In this document: piece after piece, positions 61,505-64,000 of the stretch | How positions within the stretch are numbered: position 1 is the stretch's first letter | Layout of the letters: each line of letters starts with the position of its first letter | Origin: Nannocystales bacterium | GTDB taxonomy: Bacteria; Myxococcota_A; Polyangia; Nannocystales; Nannocystaceae | Direction: 5' to 3' | NCBI GenBank assembly: GCA_050633305.1 | Contig: JBOEGF010000010.1 | Coordinates: 128,001 to 192,000 of the forward strand | DNA: 64,000 bases | Program-made: the position numbers and the translations under genes | Notes under the pieces: model-generated | Databases searched by the model: none | The model's input: only the letters and a program-made list of their open reading frames with translations | What the model was told of the DNA's origin: nothing

Positions 61505-63985
61505 TCATTTTCGTCCGAGGAGTTGGAACTCCCGGAATTCCACCCCGTAGCCCGGGTCACCGACCACCGTGAGCTCGACGAAGCGAGCCCGGACGTTGTC
61601 GGCACGCATGAAATGCCAGCCGTCGAAGGACGCGTTCGCCGCATCGACAACGCTGACCCAGGGGGCGCCCTCGTCGTCGCGAAGACGGACGGTCCAGGTG
61701 CGGCTGACCCACTCGTGCCGGGTGTCGCCGAACAGCCGTGCTGCGGCGAGTTCGTGCGTCGTCCCCAGGTCGAAGTTCACGGTGACCGAGGAGGCGTGGT
61801 CGGTCGCGACCGTGCAAGCCGAACGCGGCGCGAGGCAGTCATCGAATGCATGCTCGATGGGCTGGCGTTCTCGCAGCTCGACGCTCACCGAGCGGACGGT
61901 CTCCGCCAACGGGAGCACGGTGAAGGGAGGAGGTGTCGCTGTGGCGTCGCGAGCGGGGCGTTGCGGTGTCGAGGGTGGGGGGGAGAACACGAGGACCCCG
62001 GCGCCCGCGGGATGGTTCAAGGGCGTCTGCGTGCGCCAAGCCGCGTCCCGACCCGCACCACCGTATCGGTCGTTGATCTGCAGATTCACACCCCATGCTG
62101 TGCCTGGGCTTGGCCGTCGAAAACCGTCGCCCCACGGGACGAACAGCTCCACGTCGTAGCCTTCGTCGACATCCGCGGGCTGGTTGATCGTGCCCCTCAT
62201 GCGCACCGCAGATTCGATCGGAAGGGACCATGCGGTGCGCGGCGTGACACCTCCCCACGACACGCTCGTCGCGTTGATGGCGGTGACGACGAATTTGTAG
62301 TCATCCGTGCCGGGCATCGGTCCGGTGGCGCGGTCCCACCCGGTGTCGAAGAGAATCTCCACGCCGTCGTCCTCCCACAGCGGCTGATAGGGGGGCTGGG
62401 TGGCCTCGAGCTGAGGGTCGTCGACAACAGCGGCCACATAGAGGCCCCGCTCGCTGGTCCGAAACCAGACCTCGGCGTGCACGCCGAAGTCGGAGTCGAT
62501 CACGAGGGGTCGACCCAGTGTCATCTCGGCGGGGTCCCCATCGACCGCGGCGTCGGCATGCGTCGGCAATGCGAATGCGGTCGACGCCGGGTCCCACGGT
62601 TGGGTGCACCCGGAGGCGGAGCCGGCGAAGGGGCCAAACCGGAACCCGCTGTCGCAGTCCGGGGCGGGGTAGATGCATCGCCGCTGTGTCGCGTCACAGT
62701 AGCCGCCCTCGGCCAGGTTGCACGGTCGTCGGTCCTCACAGGGCCGGGGTGGTGCACCACACCCTGAGCCGCTCAAGGTCAGTCCGATCGCGAGCGCCGC
62801 AGCACGTCGACGACGTTGGACGAGCGCGACCGCCAGGGGGATCACCGCGAGTCCGATGGCCGTGGCGCACAGCAACAGTGCGAGTTCGAGTGCGTCCATC
62901 GCCTCCCGCTCCGTGGCGGCTGCGCCCACGTCGAGCCACTGCAGGGCGCCGAACGTGGCCGCGAGCGTCGCGCACGGAAGGGGGAGGACAGTCCCCCAGA
63001 GCCGGGGACGGCGCGAAAGGATCGCCCGCGGGGTCCTCGCAGTAGACAGTTGCGGCGGGAGGGGGGGTGGCTCCCCGAAGACCCGTACGAACTCGGCGGT
63101 GAGGTCGTTGCTCCGGACCCGTTGCCCGCAGTGGTCGAGGAAGTCTTCGAGCGCGTCGGCAAACTCGGCGGCGGTGTTGAAGCGGTCCTCGGGCTCGAAC
63201 TCGAGGGCTCGGAGGATGATGTCCGACAAGGCTGGCTCGAGGGACGCCAGCCGCTCGCGGGGATCGATGACATCGCCGCTGAGGATGGCGTTCATGGTCG
63301 CGGCAAAGTTGTTGCCCGCGAACGGGTGCGTCCGGGTGGTGAGTTCGTACAGCAGTGTCCCGAGCTGGAAGATGTCGCTGCGTCGGTCCAGCGGGTCTTG
63401 CCGGAGTTGCTCCGGGGACATGTAGTTGACCTTCCCCTTGAGGACGCCGGCGGAGGTGACCGAGGTTTGCATCGTCTTACGCGCGATGCCGAAGTCGAGC
63501 AGCTTGATGCCGCCGTCCGGACAGAGCATGACGTTGTCCGGCGAGAGGTCCCGGTGCACCAGGCCTACCGTCTTCCCGGCGTGGTCCTTGGCGCTGTGTA
63601 CGTAGTCCGTGGCTCGGGCGACCCGGGCCACGAGCTGTGCTCCGAGAACATGGGATTCGGGCGGCTCCTCGCGCCACGCGGTGAGCAAGGCCGCGGCACT
63701 GTGGCCGCGGATGTACTCCATCACCAGGACGTCGCGCGCCCCGTCGTGCACCAGCTCGAAAGCACGGGCCACACTCGCGTGGTCCAGGCGCAGCAAGACC
63801 GCCGCTTCCTCTCGGAACATCGAGCAGATGTCTTCGTCTGCTTGGAGTTCGGGTCGCAGGACCTTGAGCGCAACAACGCGCGAGGCCGACTCTCCCGATA
63901 CACGCGCGAGGTAGACCTCTCCCATGCCTCCTCGGGCGAGGCCGCGAAGGACTTCGTATCGACCCACGAGGGCGCCGACCGCCAA
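61505..63985 (-). CDS. Ser/Thr kinase fused via TM helices to a Cys module, CBM9-like (DOMON) and F5/8 discoidin domains; may extend past the window edge
   Basis: LARGGMG, HRDLSPDN, DFG, YMSPE; VDGD...LYVAAVVDD...DGVEILFD...VELFVPW; FDLG...RARFVEL. The frame is open to position 64000. Confidence 0.88.
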   Translation of the reverse strand: MAVGALVGRYEVLRGLARGGMGEVYLARVSGESASRVVALKVLRPELQADEDICSMFREEAAVLLRLDHASVARAFELVHDGARDVLVMEYIRGHSAAALLTAWREEPPESHVLGAQLVARVARATDYVHSAKDHAGKTVGLVHRDLSPDNVMLCPDGGIKLLDFGIARKTMQTSVTSAGVLKGKVNYMSPEQLRQDPLDRRSDIFQLGTLLYELTTRTHPFAGNNFAATMNAILSGDVIDPRERLASLEPALSDIILRALEFEPEDRFNTAAEFADALEDFLDHCGQRVRSNDLTAEFVRVFGEPPPLPPQLSTARTPRAILSRRPRLWGTVLPLPCATLAATFGALQWLDVGAAATEREAMDALELALLLCATAIGLAVIPLAVALVQRRRRAAALAIGLTLSGSGCGAPPRPCEDRRPCNLAEGGYCDATQRRCIYPAPDCDSGFRFGPFAGSASGCTQPWDPASTAFALPTHADAAVDGDPAEMTLGRPLVIDSDFGVHAEVWFRTSERGLYVAAVVDDPQLEATQPPYQPLWEDDGVEILFDTGWDRATGPMPGTDDYKFVVTAINATSVSWGGVTPRTAWSLPIESAVRMRGTINQPADVDEGYDVELFVPWGDGFRRPSPGTAWGVNLQINDRYGGAGRDAAWRTQTPLNHPAGAGVLVFSPPPSTPQRPARDATATPPPFTVLPLAETVRSVSVELRERQPIEHAFDDCLAPRSACTVATDHASSVTVNFDLGTTHELAAARLFGDTRHEWVSRTWTVRLRDDEGAPWVSVVDAANASFDGWHFMRADNVRARFVELTVVGDPGYGVEFREFQLLGRK

Positions 63986-64000
63986 TGAGAAGTGCGTTGT

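Noticed and set aside
128..63988. Many long antisense or alternate-frame ORFs (e.g. 128-1546, 20541-21986, 50813-52351, 61487-62767)
   Set aside because: They shadow well-supported genes, are Arg/Pro/Ala-rich and lack motifs; expected in high-GC DNA.

Overview
GC-rich, gene-dense bacterial window with about 45 genes. The content points to a myxobacterium (Myxococcota, probably Nannocystales-like; this is inference): two DUF1592/DUF1552 pairs, four Hanks-type Ser/Thr kinases, three ECF sigma factors, about 13 lipoproteins (most with Ser/Thr/Gly-rich tethers), Cys-rich/RCC1 repeats, a GltG-like protein and a giant TPR protein. I recognised no rRNA, tRNA, CRISPR array or mobile element. Best candidates for uncharacterised systems: (1) a cluster at 3.6-14.8 kb combining a non-canonical PTPS/QueD-fold enzyme, a RibD-type reductase, an MDR dehydrogenase, a CDP-alcohol phosphotransferase, a flippase-like protein, a PAPS sulfotransferase, an LtaS-like membrane enzyme and a GT4, suggesting synthesis and export of an unusual envelope head group; (2) a trans-envelope STAND-like P-loop NTPase encoded directly upstream of an MscS channel (28.6-33.2 kb); (3) a kinase-TM-CBM9-discoidin receptor next to a beta-helix lipoprotein, sharing a six-Cys module with a second beta-helix lipoprotein that faces an ECF/TPR/kinase unit; (4) a membrane-tethered ECF sigma cassette; (5) a degenerate SIR2-like domain on a roughly 1600-aa TPR protein. 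About a dozen genes have a TAnnnT box 5-9 nt upstream of the start codon, suggesting widespread leaderless transcription. All family assignments come from reading motifs by eye; no searches were run.
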